From positions 1-46,752 of IMG/VR virus record IMGVR_UViG_3300030090_003175: a DNA stretch of 46,752 nucleotides, one strand, 5' to 3'. The stretch comes from a virus (Duplodnaviria; Caudoviricetes). The notes beneath the pieces were generated by a model. It did not search any database. It was not told the DNA's origin and saw only the letters and a list, made by a program, of their open reading frames with translations. Of the stretch, positions 8,125 to 17,007 are shown in pieces (within the stretch, counting starts at the first letter, position 1; every line of letters begins with the position of its first letter). Made by a program: the position numbers and the translations under genes.

Positions 8125-10146
8125 TTATTCTCCTTTTTTCTGCAATCTCTCTTGCTTTTCTTGAGCTTGGCTACGTACACGTAACTTCTCTGCTTCGAGT
8201 TTAACTGCATTTTCTAGTTTACCAACTGCTATAGTATTAGCAGATTTGGTTTTTGACTCTTGTGATTTCAACTCAGTTTTGAATTTCTCTACTTCACTAC
8301 GTTTCCTTGCTGAGATTGACTCTCTGTGAGCTGTTTGTAAATCACCTTGTAAATTTTTAACTGCTTGTTGTGCTTGTTGTAATTGACCTTGCAATTGAGC
8401 CACAACATCCATTCTTTTAAGAACACCCTCTTTATCGAAAATATCTGTTTTCATTAAAGCTTCTGTTCTATCAATAAGTCCAGCTTGATATGCTTCCATG
8501 TATATTGACCATTCACCCCATTTATTTGATGGCATTGTAGAATTACCAATAACATTAATATCATATTGACCAATGCTTAAATCATTAATCATTTCATTTA
8601 TAGCTTGTGATTTATCATTATAAACATTTACCATATATTCACTCATATCATTATTAGGTTGAACTACTCTAAATACTTTTTTATACGTATAATGTTCCTT
8701 AGCTAAATTATATATTACTTGTCCAAGCCTTCTAAGTGAACCTTCAATATCTCTTAATTTAGATTTACTACGTCTTTGACCAAAATCTTCTAACATCATT
8801 GTAGCTGAAGATGTATTTGGTGCAACAGCACTATTACCTTGCATCATTTCAAATATACCCATATTTAAATCAATATACTTCTCAATCAAAGAAGGTAATT
8901 GCATAACTGAGTTTGACAAAGGTTGTGGTGATGGAAAATGAGGAGCGCCAAAAGATGGGTCATATTCAATTGTTGCATTTGGATTAGCCCAACTTCTTTC
9001 TAATTCCTCAATATCGTCAACACTTCCTTGTGGTATAAGTAACTTTAATCCAGATGATGCTTGCGCATGAGATGTAATTAAAGACATTGTTTTATTTAAA
9101 AATCTTTGAAAATCTTTATTTTTTCTAACATCACTCATTGGATATGGTGTGTTAGTCCAAATGTTTGGTACAGGTACAATAGGATATTTATCAGTATTTA
9201 ATATATATTCATATAAAACTATTTGACCTAATGTACATGTAAGTTTAATTCTTGTTTGCTGTACTTCTACAACATCAATCAATCCATTTTCTAAAGCTTT
9301 AGCAATTTTATCATCAGCTAAAAACTTTTCCATATTTTTTGTATCTAATATTCTTTCTTCACCAGATTGAACATCCATAATTCTATAGTAAGGAACTTTA
9401 ACTTTAGAAAAATATTCTATTAATTGATATTTTTGTGAGCCTTCACCTGTATCTTTATCTTTGACATAGTCAGGTGTAAATGTACCTACTGTTCTTTTAT
9501 TAAGTGGTGATGGATAGGTATCATCTTCATAATATGATTCAACAAGGTCAATTAAAAGTTTACCATCTTCTTGTTCTTCTGATAATTGTGGGTATAAATC
9601 TAATAATTGAAATTTTGTAAATATTGTAGATAACATCATTCCTGTAGAATCATCAAAATACTTACTTCGAGCATTTGGGTCAACTACAACTCTAAATGGG
9701 TCAACATATGTAAATTTAACTTCACCTCTACCATAATCAGCTTCCCTGTCAACATATGCATAAAAATAACCAAGCCCTGTAACAGAATAATCATGTATAG
9801 TTTGTTTAAATACTTCATTACCATCTGATATATTCCATATATAATCCATAACAGTTCTCCAGACAGCTGCTAAATCACTATCAGAATCTTCTCTTGGCAT
9901 TGCAGAAAACTTTGGTGGTTTAGATGTTATAATGGCTTTAAACTGTTCAATAGCTGAATATATCCTATCTAATGGTATATTTGATTGATTTCTTTCAGCA
10001 AGAGCATCAGCCTCATCTTCAGTAAAGTGATTACCTAAATAAAAGTCAATATCTTCGCGAGCATGGTCTTCCCACTCTTTACGAGCATCTGACCATCTAT
10101 CCCAAAGTTCTTTAACGTAAGTTGCTTTTTTATCGGATTTAATCAT
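8125..10146 (-). CDS. Portal protein (P22-like)
   Basis: 673 aa; DIDFYLGNHF, VDPFRVVVDP, YPIVPV, GQYDINV; Gln-rich C-terminal coiled coil; follows the terminase. Confidence 0.9.
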   Translation of the reverse strand: MIKSDKKATYVKELWDRWSDARKEWEDHAREDIDFYLGNHFTEDEADALAERNQSNIPLDRIYSAIEQFKAIITSKPPKFSAMPREDSDSDLAAVWRTVMDYIWNISDGNEVFKQTIHDYSVTGLGYFYAYVDREADYGRGEVKFTYVDPFRVVVDPNARSKYFDDSTGMMLSTIFTKFQLLDLYPQLSEEQEDGKLLIDLVESYYEDDTYPSPLNKRTVGTFTPDYVKDKDTGEGSQKYQLIEYFSKVKVPYYRIMDVQSGEERILDTKNMEKFLADDKIAKALENGLIDVVEVQQTRIKLTCTLGQIVLYEYILNTDKYPIVPVPNIWTNTPYPMSDVRKNKDFQRFLNKTMSLITSHAQASSGLKLLIPQGSVDDIEELERSWANPNATIEYDPSFGAPHFPSPQPLSNSVMQLPSLIEKYIDLNMGIFEMMQGNSAVAPNTSSATMMLEDFGQRRSKSKLRDIEGSLRRLGQVIYNLAKEHYTYKKVFRVVQPNNDMSEYMVNVYNDKSQAINEMINDLSIGQYDINVIGNSTMPSNKWGEWSIYMEAYQAGLIDRTEALMKTDIFDKEGVLKRMDVVAQLQGQLQQAQQAVKNLQGDLQTAHRESISARKRSEVEKFKTELKSQESKTKSANTIAVGKLENAVKLEAEKLRVRSQAQEKQERLQKKGE

Positions 10147-10183
10147 GTTGCGTAATATATAACATATTTATTATAATAATCAA
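10147..10183 (-). promoter_or_regulatory. Putative sigma70-type promoter for the portal gene (leaderless)
   Basis: TTGATT (10178-83), 18 nt, TATATT (10154-59), 7 nt, ATG; no SD. Confidence 0.45.
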
Positions 10184-11748
10184 CCCCTTGCCCCTGTAAT
10201 CCAATTATAGGTTTTTCTAGGTTTTTCCCACTCTTCTTTATTATTTTTAACTTTTTTTACTTTACTAGCTGATTTATTGCCTTTTGCATATTGTGTTGAT
10301 AACCAAAAAGCATCAATAGTATCATCATGAGTTCCTTTTGGAAAATCTAATAATTCACCAATAAATTCATGCATATCTTTTTTTAGATGAACAGCTCCTG
10401 CTTTAAACATTGGCTGTAAACCTTCAAACAGCCTATCTTTCTTTTTTTGATTACCATAATTTTTTATACCTTGTTCTATACCAGGAAGAAACTTTCCTTC
10501 TTTTTTACTTCTTTTGTGTATATAATCTCTTAACATTTCCTGATATGATATAGTTTCAATGTTTATTCTTTTGATTGGCCTATATCGTTCAGCAATTTTA
10601 AATATTTCATCTGCACAGTCCATAGGTAATACTCTTTGTCTCCAATATTCAATAATATAGTAATCATACTCAGCAGTAACACCAATAACCATAATAACAC
10701 TATAATCATTACGTCTACTAAGAGTTGAAGCAGGGTCAACACCTATATAAATATTTACATACTCAATTGTACCATCTTCAAGCTTTATATACCAAGAATC
10801 TCTTTTATTATCAAATTTAATACTACCACTATATAAATTCTCAACTATATCGTTTTCATTAAAGATTTGGTCTTCAGGTGATTTAGCTTGGTTCATATAT
10901 TCTTGATAAAATTTAGATGGTGTACCAGAATCTATATAAAATTGTTTTCTTTCTTCTAATTTTTTTAAAGGCCATCTTGAAGGCCATAATGGACTACCAT
11001 CATCAAGTATTGCTTTATATGTAATTAAATCCCAAGAGTATTCAGCACCATTGTTCATTGCTTCTTTATAATTTCTAACAAGTCCATTTAAAAATGAATC
11101 ATAATGTACAATAGTTCCATTACACCATAAAAACCCACCTTTATCAAAATCAATAGCTGGATATACAGCAGCTGTTACCCAATTCTTTATTTGTTGTCTA
11201 GCTTCAGGAGTTTTTGTATTTAACTCAGATTCAAAGTCATCAAGTATAATTCCAGTATATCTTGTAGATAATTGCTTTTTACCACGCAGTCTTTGTGCTG
11301 CTCCCTTTGCAATCATCCTACAATTATTTGTTAATGTTATTTCGTTCTTAGTCCACTTATCACCTTGTAAGTCACCGAAATAATAATGTATTGCAGGATT
11401 TGAGTATATGTGATTAGAAATCCAATTAAGGTTATCAATAGCCTGGTCTTGTGCCTCGCCAACCCAAGCGATAAATTCTGGGCTTTCTTTATTCGCAAAT
11501 AAGAACCGATGTAAAACCGCAGTTGCAGCTAAGGTTGACTTTGCGTGGTCACGAGGCAATACAAGAGCCAATTGTTGATTATCTCTATCTAAAAGTTTTT
11601 TACCGACAGTATTGTGAAAATCAGGAGTTGCGGATGCTAAATAATCTTGTGGTGAAAAGAGTTTACCAAATACAATAAGGTCATTGTAAGCCATTTCAAG
11701 AACTTTTTCATTGTTTGATACATTACCGTTAAGATTTAGATTTGCCAT
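10180..11748 (-). CDS. terL: Terminase large subunit
   Basis: Walker A PRDHAKST, Walker B GIILDDFE, RNase H-like IGVDPA and HDDTIDA. Confidence 0.95.
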   Translation of the reverse strand: MANLNLNGNVSNNEKVLEMAYNDLIVFGKLFSPQDYLASATPDFHNTVGKKLLDRDNQQLALVLPRDHAKSTLAATAVLHRFLFANKESPEFIAWVGEAQDQAIDNLNWISNHIYSNPAIHYYFGDLQGDKWTKNEITLTNNCRMIAKGAAQRLRGKKQLSTRYTGIILDDFESELNTKTPEARQQIKNWVTAAVYPAIDFDKGGFLWCNGTIVHYDSFLNGLVRNYKEAMNNGAEYSWDLITYKAILDDGSPLWPSRWPLKKLEERKQFYIDSGTPSKFYQEYMNQAKSPEDQIFNENDIVENLYSGSIKFDNKRDSWYIKLEDGTIEYVNIYIGVDPASTLSRRNDYSVIMVIGVTAEYDYYIIEYWRQRVLPMDCADEIFKIAERYRPIKRINIETISYQEMLRDYIHKRSKKEGKFLPGIEQGIKNYGNQKKKDRLFEGLQPMFKAGAVHLKKDMHEFIGELLDFPKGTHDDTIDAFWLSTQYAKGNKSASKVKKVKNNKEEWEKPRKTYNWITGARG

Positions 11749-11751
11749 ATA

Positions 11752-12090
11752 TTAGCAGTTCCACTTTTTTAACGACAAAGACAATCTATCTTTACCAGTA
11801 TTATTACTGGGCTTTTGTCTTTTTCTCATACCTTTCATTCTTGCACAAAATGATTTTCTTCTTTTTGCAGCTTTACTACCTTTTTTTAATTTTGAGGGTT
11901 TTGTTGTTACAGCGGTTTGTAATTTAGAGCCAGGGTTAGCTCTTCTATATGATTCAACGCCTTTTTTATTTAAACCGCCACTTGGGTCTTTTCCTTCTTT
12001 ACGTTGCCATGCAGGAGTTTTACCTCCTTCTTTAAACTTTGCTCTACTTCTTGCGTCCTTTACAGGTATCTCCGATGCCCATTTATCCAT
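11752..12090 (-). CDS. Basic DUF6321-like protein
   Basis: TPAWQRKEGKDPSGGLNKKG...RRKSFCARMKG...LKKWNC, recalled as DUF6321; N-terminal FKEGG motif. Confidence 0.7.
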   Translation of the reverse strand: MDKWASEIPVKDARSRAKFKEGGKTPAWQRKEGKDPSGGLNKKGVESYRRANPGSKLQTAVTTKPSKLKKGSKAAKRRKSFCARMKGMRKRQKPSNNTGKDRLSLSLKKWNC

Positions 12091-12108
12091 AATTCATCTC
12101 TCTTTCAA

Positions 12109-12453
12109 CTATTTATCCATCATTAAACTTTTTAAATATCTCATAGGCTGACCAGATAAATTAAGTTCTTTCATAATTGATTTTCTATTATCAACATTAA
12201 CAGTATCAGAAAAACTAGGATTTGCTGCTAATGTACTTAATAATGCAATAAGCATATCTTGTTTTCTTTCTTTAGTTGGCATTCCAGGCATTGACCTGTA
12301 TATTTGTCTTTTTTCACCACCTTTTGTTAATGCTTCATATAAAGAATTTGTAAATAAACCAAATGGTGAAATACCAGACCTTATTTCAATAACACTTTCA
12401 GGGTCTATCTGATTTATAAGTTTATCTATATTGCTATGTGCATTTTCTTTCAT
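12109..12453 (-). CDS. Hypothetical protein
   Basis: 114 aa; coupled to the endolysin stop codon. Confidence 0.7.
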   Translation of the reverse strand: MKENAHSNIDKLINQIDPESVIEIRSGISPFGLFTNSLYEALTKGGEKRQIYRSMPGMPTKERKQDMLIALLSTLAANPSFSDTVNVDNRKSIMKELNLSGQPMRYLKSLMMDK

Positions 12454-12851
12454 TACTTTTCCTTTCTAAGTTCAAAATGAGGAAAATCATCAAATTTATT
12501 GTCATCCACCTCAAAGTTCATATTCCAATCACCACCCCAACGTAATTTTATTCCCATTGACTGAGCAATACCAATCACGAAGCCTGCAAACAAATGAAAA
12601 CGCTCCCTATCATCCCAATCAATAGGATAAGGCACAACATCCACAGCCCTGCTTGGATTAGAATTATGACGGCCATTTGGGAACTTAACCTTAGTTTTTC
12701 CTTCATTGAAAAGCTTATTTTGCCTTTCAGCGCTTCTATGGCCTTCCAAAACAGAACAATCGACATATTTGATAACTTCGTTAAATATTTTTTGTAGTTT
12801 ATCATCACAAGTGCTTAACCTTTCTTTACTTCTTTTTCCAAATCTAGGCAT
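12453..12851 (-). CDS. M15-family peptidase endolysin (L-Ala-D-Glu peptidase-like)
   Basis: EGHRSAERQNKL, GRHNSNPSRAVDV, LRWGGDW, DFPHFEL; start re-assigned to MPRFGKRS after GGAG. Confidence 0.9.
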   Translation of the reverse strand: MPRFGKRSKERLSTCDDKLQKIFNEVIKYVDCSVLEGHRSAERQNKLFNEGKTKVKFPNGRHNSNPSRAVDVVPYPIDWDDRERFHLFAGFVIGIAQSMGIKLRWGGDWNMNFEVDDNKFDDFPHFELRKEK

Positions 12852-12987
12852 CATTACTCCATAAATCAAAGTTTGAGTTATCAGCCACAAATGAAGAAGG
12901 GTATAGAGTGTGAGTAACATAACAAGAGGATAGAGAGGTCATACAACTTTCTTCACCTGTGGCCAAATCTTTATAAATTATTTCCAT
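12844..12987 (-). CDS. Small hypothetical protein, 47 aa
   Basis: MEIIYKDLATGEESC...WSNDA*; coupled to the upstream stop codon. Confidence 0.5.
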   Translation of the reverse strand: MEIIYKDLATGEESCMTSLSSCYVTHTLYPSSFVADNSNFDLWSNDA

Positions 12988-13235
12988 TAACTGTTTCCTT
13001 GTATCGAATTTTCGCCATAAATATACATAATATTATCATTATTATCAAACTCTGAGTTGCATTTAGGACACATCCAGCCAATCACATCGTGATTTACACT
13101 ATTTGTATCAAACAATCCAACTCTTTTAGAGTAATGTTCGTTATAATACAGTTCTTTGTCACAAATTGGACAAGGGTCTTTAATCTTCGTCTTTTTCTTT
13201 GTGTGCAATGAGCTTTGTGTTTGATGTTTTTCCAC
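12987..13235 (-). CDS. Zinc-ribbon protein (start uncertain)
   Basis: CPIC...CPKC. Confidence 0.7.
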   Translation of the reverse strand: MEKHQTQSSLHTKKKTKIKDPCPICDKELYYNEHYSKRVGLFDTNSVNHDVIGWMCPKCNSEFDNNDNIMYIYGENSIQGNS

Positions 13236-13950
13236 TTAAAGCCTCCATTTGTTCTGATGTAAATCCTTGAAAGACAGTTAACTGTTCTTGTTTCTTCTCA
13301 GTTTCAAATAAACCTGCCATTTTTGACAATGCATCTAAAGAACGTAACTTATCTGTGTCTCTATCCGATAAATCAGCAATCATTTTATATTTTGATATAA
13401 TCCATTCTGCTGTTACACCCTCATCTGCAAGTTTTTTATTGATTTCTTCTTTAACCATTGTCCTTACTTCCTTTTTTTTTAATAAAACATTCGTTTTTTT
13501 CTTAATATAGTCCTCATCTTTGGCTTTTGGGTATGCTTTTTTGTAAGCTGATACCGCACCATCCCCTGCTGCAACATATTGAGCAAATAAAAACTCACGA
13601 TTGTTAAGTTTTCGCTCCTTAGCTCTTTCGTAGATGGCATCATAATTACCTGAAAACGAATAAATGTTTTGTGCAACTCCTTTTTCACCTAATATCTGAT
13701 GTGTTTTTTGTTCAATGATATAAGAACCACATATAGTCAACACAACATTACGAGGAGTTTTATAACCAGGATGCTTTAAAGCACTACGTTTAAGGATTTG
13801 CAACACATATCCATCATCTGTATAAACCCAATCTCTTGTTGTACCCACTCTCCAATTGCCAACAATGTCAATATCAGGATTAAACGCTCGAAATTCCTCT
13901 GCATCGTCATATAAATAATTCTCAATACCTTTAATTACTTTAACATCCAT
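13180..13950 (-). CDS. Terminase small subunit-like protein with an extra N-terminal domain
   Basis: C-terminal half LNNREFLFAQY...AVSAYKKAY...LLKKKEV...VTAEWII...KLRSLDALSKMAGLF follows the TerS helical pattern; first gene of the packaging operon. Confidence 0.7.
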   Translation of the reverse strand: MDVKVIKGIENYLYDDAEEFRAFNPDIDIVGNWRVGTTRDWVYTDDGYVLQILKRSALKHPGYKTPRNVVLTICGSYIIEQKTHQILGEKGVAQNIYSFSGNYDAIYERAKERKLNNREFLFAQYVAAGDGAVSAYKKAYPKAKDEDYIKKKTNVLLKKKEVRTMVKEEINKKLADEGVTAEWIISKYKMIADLSDRDTDKLRSLDALSKMAGLFETEKKQEQLTVFQGFTSEQMEALSGKTSNTKLIAHKEKDED

Positions 13951-14039
13951 AGAATAATATAAAAAAACTTTATCAAAAATAAAAACCTTGCATAATTCAT
14001 TTATTTGATTATATTTATCTATATAATAGAGATATATAC

Positions 14040-14100
14040 TAGAGATAGTATCTATAGATAATATCCATCTTATAAAAGAAATTAATAATAAAGAAAAGAT
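14040..14100 (+). repeat. 61-bp dispersed repeat, copy 1 (intergenic), containing the palindrome TATCTATAGATA
   Basis: Aligns to 19948-20008 with 5 mismatches and 2 single-nt gaps. Confidence 0.85.
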
Positions 14101-14217
14101 TTAGTCAATTTTGAAATTTTTTTACAAAATATTTTTTGATTTTATAAAGAAGAAAGGATTAGCCTGTTACAAAGTTTTAAAAATAGCGTTAGAATGTGTG
14201 TGAGTATTATTTTATGG

Positions 14218-14251
14218 AACCACCCCCCTATAAAGTTGCGTTGGGGGGGTT
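14218..14251. other. C-run/G-run inverted repeat; candidate packaging or terminus signal
   Basis: AACCACCCCCC-14 nt-GGGGGGGTT in AT-rich non-coding DNA upstream of the TerS-like gene. Confidence 0.4.
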
Positions 14252-14325
14252 GAATTACGTTGAAAATTACATTCATATTATAATTATTATTGGACTTTTT
14301 GAAATTATCAAGACAAAAGGACTAC

Positions 14326-14353
14326 AAACAAAAACGCCCCAACAAGTGGGGCG
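14326..14353 (-). terminator. Intrinsic terminator of the leftward early operon
   Basis: CGCCCC/GGGGCG stem (14335-40/14348-53), 7-nt loop, U-tract on the minus strand, about 25 nt past the stop at 14380. Confidence 0.7.
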
Positions 14354-14379
14354 CTATTGCTACACAATCCGCGGTTTTT

Positions 14380-14574
14380 TTAGAGGTCTTTATTACACGC
14401 CTCAATGAATTTACTAGTATTAAATAATTTATTATCTGTTTTAAACTCTGCGCATAAATCATTTATAAAAGTATCTTTATTTATTGTTCTCTTATTATTA
14501 AAGAATGTATTATCTCTTATTATTTCCGCTATCATCTTATAATATTTTCTACTAAGCATTTTGCCCCCTTTCAT
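14380..14574 (-). CDS. Early hypothetical protein (probable start at MLSRKYY)
   Basis: ORF track; AAGGGGG RBS precedes the second Met. Confidence 0.7.
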   Translation of the reverse strand: MKGGKMLSRKYYKMIAEIIRDNTFFNNKRTINKDTFINDLCAEFKTDNKLFNTSKFIEACNKDL

Positions 14575-14848
14575 TACTTAAGTTAATATCTTTTATTATT
14601 GTTTGTAACTGCTCCAATTGCGCAAGTACTTTATTAGTTCCGCCACTTAAACCAAAATAATTTTTGACATCTTTTAAGCGCCAGTGTCTACTTGGTTTTA
14701 TTCCCTTGCTAAACATTTTAACTTGACCAACACACACCGCCAAATTATAAAGTGCAAACTTTGCGCCCTCAATTTGATTTGTTTGTTTTTCAAGGTCTTT
14801 AATGAATTGGCAATCTTCATTCATATTTACTATTGTTTTATTTTGCAT
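14552..14848 (-). CDS. Early hypothetical protein
   Basis: 98 aa; AAGGAG RBS. Confidence 0.75.
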   Translation of the reverse strand: MQNKTIVNMNEDCQFIKDLEKQTNQIEGAKFALYNLAVCVGQVKMFSKGIKPSRHWRLKDVKNYFGLSGGTNKVLAQLEQLQTIIKDINLSNERGQNA

Positions 14849-14867
14849 TGTTTGTACTCCTTATAGT

Positions 14868-15050
14868 TTAATACCATATTGATTGATAGTTATTATATAA
14901 ATACTCGGCTTTATCTTTTCCAAAGCGTTCTTCTGCAATACTGCATATGATACCTATCATATTATGACCAAATGTGGTACCAAGTACATCTTGACATTCT
15001 TTTTCTAACTCTTCAAATGTTGCCGTTTTTAGATTGATTTTATTTCTCAT
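14868..15050 (-). CDS. Early hypothetical protein
   Basis: 60 aa; AAGGAG RBS. Confidence 0.75.
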   Translation of the reverse strand: MRNKINLKTATFEELEKECQDVLGTTFGHNMIGIICSIAEERFGKDKAEYLYNNYQSIWY

Positions 15051-15420
15051 TGTTTTTATCTCCTTGTTGTTTATTTAGTTTTTTATAATAATCTATCATA
15101 TTATACTTAACTGCTTTTACTGCGGGTTTTTTCTTTGGAGCGGGTTTTCTGTATAATGTTCCGTGCTTATCTAATGTTATTAAATCGCCGATTTTATCAA
15201 CACCTTGCGCCGTGTTATCCATTGCGTGAACTTTTATTTGTGTTTTATCTGTGCAACCATTTAATATTGTAATAGCATCTAATACGTTTATACTTAGCCA
15301 CTTAATACCAACCTTGCCGCTACCGATGCCGTGCCTATGTGCTATATCATAGCGTTTAACATTAGTAACATTACCAAACGCGTCACGTTCTTTTTTTAAT
15401 ACTGCAAAAATTGTACTCAT
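15040..15420 (-). CDS. Early hypothetical protein
   Basis: 126 aa; AAGGAG RBS. Confidence 0.75.
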   Translation of the reverse strand: MSTIFAVLKKERDAFGNVTNVKRYDIAHRHGIGSGKVGIKWLSINVLDAITILNGCTDKTQIKVHAMDNTAQGVDKIGDLITLDKHGTLYRKPAPKKKPAVKAVKYNMIDYYKKLNKQQGDKNNEK

Positions 15421-15692
15421 TATTTTTTTACTCCTTCTATTGATTTATTATTATTTACTTTTATTTCACTATCTAAACGAACAACATTATTAATTATTGC
15501 GTGGCCTTCAAATGCTACCGCAAAAAAATTATCTAATGTTTTCTCTATATCTGATATATTTTTAGTGTAACTTTCCATTTCTTGGGCTTCTTCAAAACCC
15601 CACGAACCGCACAAATACGCGTTTTGATTTGATTGACTCATTATATTTTTTAACTCCTTAATTAAATTATTATAATCAATATTTTTTCCCAT
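15420..15692 (-). CDS. Early hypothetical protein
   Basis: 90 aa; GAGGT RBS; first gene of the leftward operon. Confidence 0.75.
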   Translation of the reverse strand: MGKNIDYNNLIKELKNIMSQSNQNAYLCGSWGFEEAQEMESYTKNISDIEKTLDNFFAVAFEGHAIINNVVRLDSEIKVNNNKSIEGVKK

Positions 15693-15719
15693 TGTTTTTA
15701 TACCTCGTTTTATTTTTTG

Positions 15720-15830
15720 TTTACTCCTATAATATACACATAATAAAACATATATTTTATATATTTATTATTTTTATATCTTGCATTATTTTTATATATT
15801 TTTTTATATTTCAATTGTTCAAGCAGTTAA
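15720..15830. promoter_or_regulatory. Divergent early promoter region
   Basis: Extremely AT-rich. Rightward TTGCAT (15781-86), 18 nt, TATATT (15805-10). Leftward TATATT near 15731-36. Imperfect inverted repeat 15740-15771. Confidence 0.55.
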
Positions 15831-15861
15831 ATAAACAAGAAAATAAGAGGAAAAAAAGAAA

Positions 15862-16161
15862 ATGAAAAAAGAAAATATCAAAATAAATATAGAAAGAAAA
15901 GAAGAACTAATTAAAATAGTTGACAAGTATTTATCTCATTGGGAATGGGAAGAAAATTTACACAAACATATAACTTGTTTTGACTATGTAGAAAAGTTTG
16001 GAATTGATGCAGTAAAAGGATTTATCCAATTCTGTAAAGACCACGAAATGACCGACAAAATCACACCAACAATTGCCCACGATATAAACGGAACTTATGA
16101 TAGATGTTTTTCACCAAGAACAACAAGTTACGCAAAATATAAAACAGAGAAAGGAGCATAA
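15862..16161 (+). CDS. Early hypothetical protein
   Basis: 99 aa; GAGG RBS; first rightward gene. Confidence 0.8.
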   Translation: MKKENIKINIERKEELIKIVDKYLSHWEWEENLHKHITCFDYVEKFGIDAVKGFIQFCKDHEMTDKITPTIAHDINGTYDRCFSPRTTSYAKYKTEKGA

Positions 16162-16164
16162 ATA

Positions 16165-16515
16165 ATGGAACCAATTAAAGTAAAAGTAGATTTAACTAAA
16201 GAGAAAAAACAAACATATGATATTGATGATTTAATTGCAGATGCTTGTGACACATTTGACAAAGATTATTGGGAGGACATAAAAAAAGGAGAATATGACC
16301 TTGATGATATGATAAACGAAATGGCAGATTCCGCAGTACCAATTTATTATTATGATATTGCCCAATATGCCGCACATAATAGCCATTTAATGACCTTTAA
16401 ATCAGAACTAAACCCAGAAGGTACCCCACACGACCAAATACAATCAAATATATATAGCGAAATAGTAGATGGATTACACGCACATATAGCTAAAAAAGAA
16501 AGCGAGGAATTATAA
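16165..16515 (+). CDS. ocr: Ocr-like (T7 gp0.3) DNA-mimic anti-restriction protein
   Basis: DLDDMINEMADSAVPIYYYDIA versus T7 Ocr [22 protein letters not shown] (from memory); QIQSNIYSEI versus ILQARIYEQL; 116 aa, acidic, early position. Confidence 0.8.
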   Translation: MEPIKVKVDLTKEKKQTYDIDDLIADACDTFDKDYWEDIKKGEYDLDDMINEMADSAVPIYYYDIAQYAAHNSHLMTFKSELNPEGTPHDQIQSNIYSEIVDGLHAHIAKKESEEL

Positions 16516-16685
16516 TGAAAAATAAAAACAATTATGGTATTAATGACGATTTACATATATGCCCAATTTGCAAGGATAAAATTGGATATATAGATATGGA
16601 ACTAGGAGTTTTTGATAGTAGGTATTTTAAGAATATGGAAAATCACACGTGTGATGATTGGTATCCGTTGAATGGAGGAAAATAA
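16515..16685 (+). CDS. Small putative Zn-binding protein, 56 aa
   Basis: MKNKNNYG...CPIC...HTC...GGK*; coupled TAATG junctions. Confidence 0.65.
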   Translation: MKNKNNYGINDDLHICPICKDKIGYIDMELGVFDSRYFKNMENHTCDDWYPLNGGK

Positions 16686-16831
16686 TGACAATCGAAACAA
16701 CAAAAAACGGATATATAAAAATTAGCGATATTATTGATAATCAGTTAATTACAAGGTTATATGCCTATTACACAAAAAACGAGGCAAAAAGGCTATTTTT
16801 GAGCGAAATAAAGGCAAAAGGAGAAAGATAA
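16685..16831 (+). CDS. Small hypothetical protein, 48 aa
   Basis: MTIETTKNGYIKISD...KGER*; GGAGG RBS. Confidence 0.7.
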   Translation: MTIETTKNGYIKISDIIDNQLITRLYAYYTKNEAKRLFLSEIKAKGER

Positions 16832-17007
16832 TGAGATTTGAAATACGTAAAACAATATATAGAAAACATATTCCTGAATTAGGTGGAACTTGGTATACAG
16901 AAGAACTATACAGAAAATACGAGATTTATGATACGAAAAAAGAGAAATGGATAACAATAAATCAATTTGCAGAAATAGCAAAAGAAAAGGAGATAGACAA
17001 TGAATAA
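16831..17007 (+). CDS. Small hypothetical protein, 58 aa
   Basis: MRFEIRKTIY...DNE*; AAGGAG RBS. Confidence 0.7.
   Translation: MRFEIRKTIYRKHIPELGGTWYTEELYRKYEIYDTKKEKWITINQFAEIAKEKEIDNE

Noticed and set aside
14196-14408. 70-aa plus-strand ORF
   Set aside because: No RBS, runs through the hairpins and terminator, and has no protein-like features.
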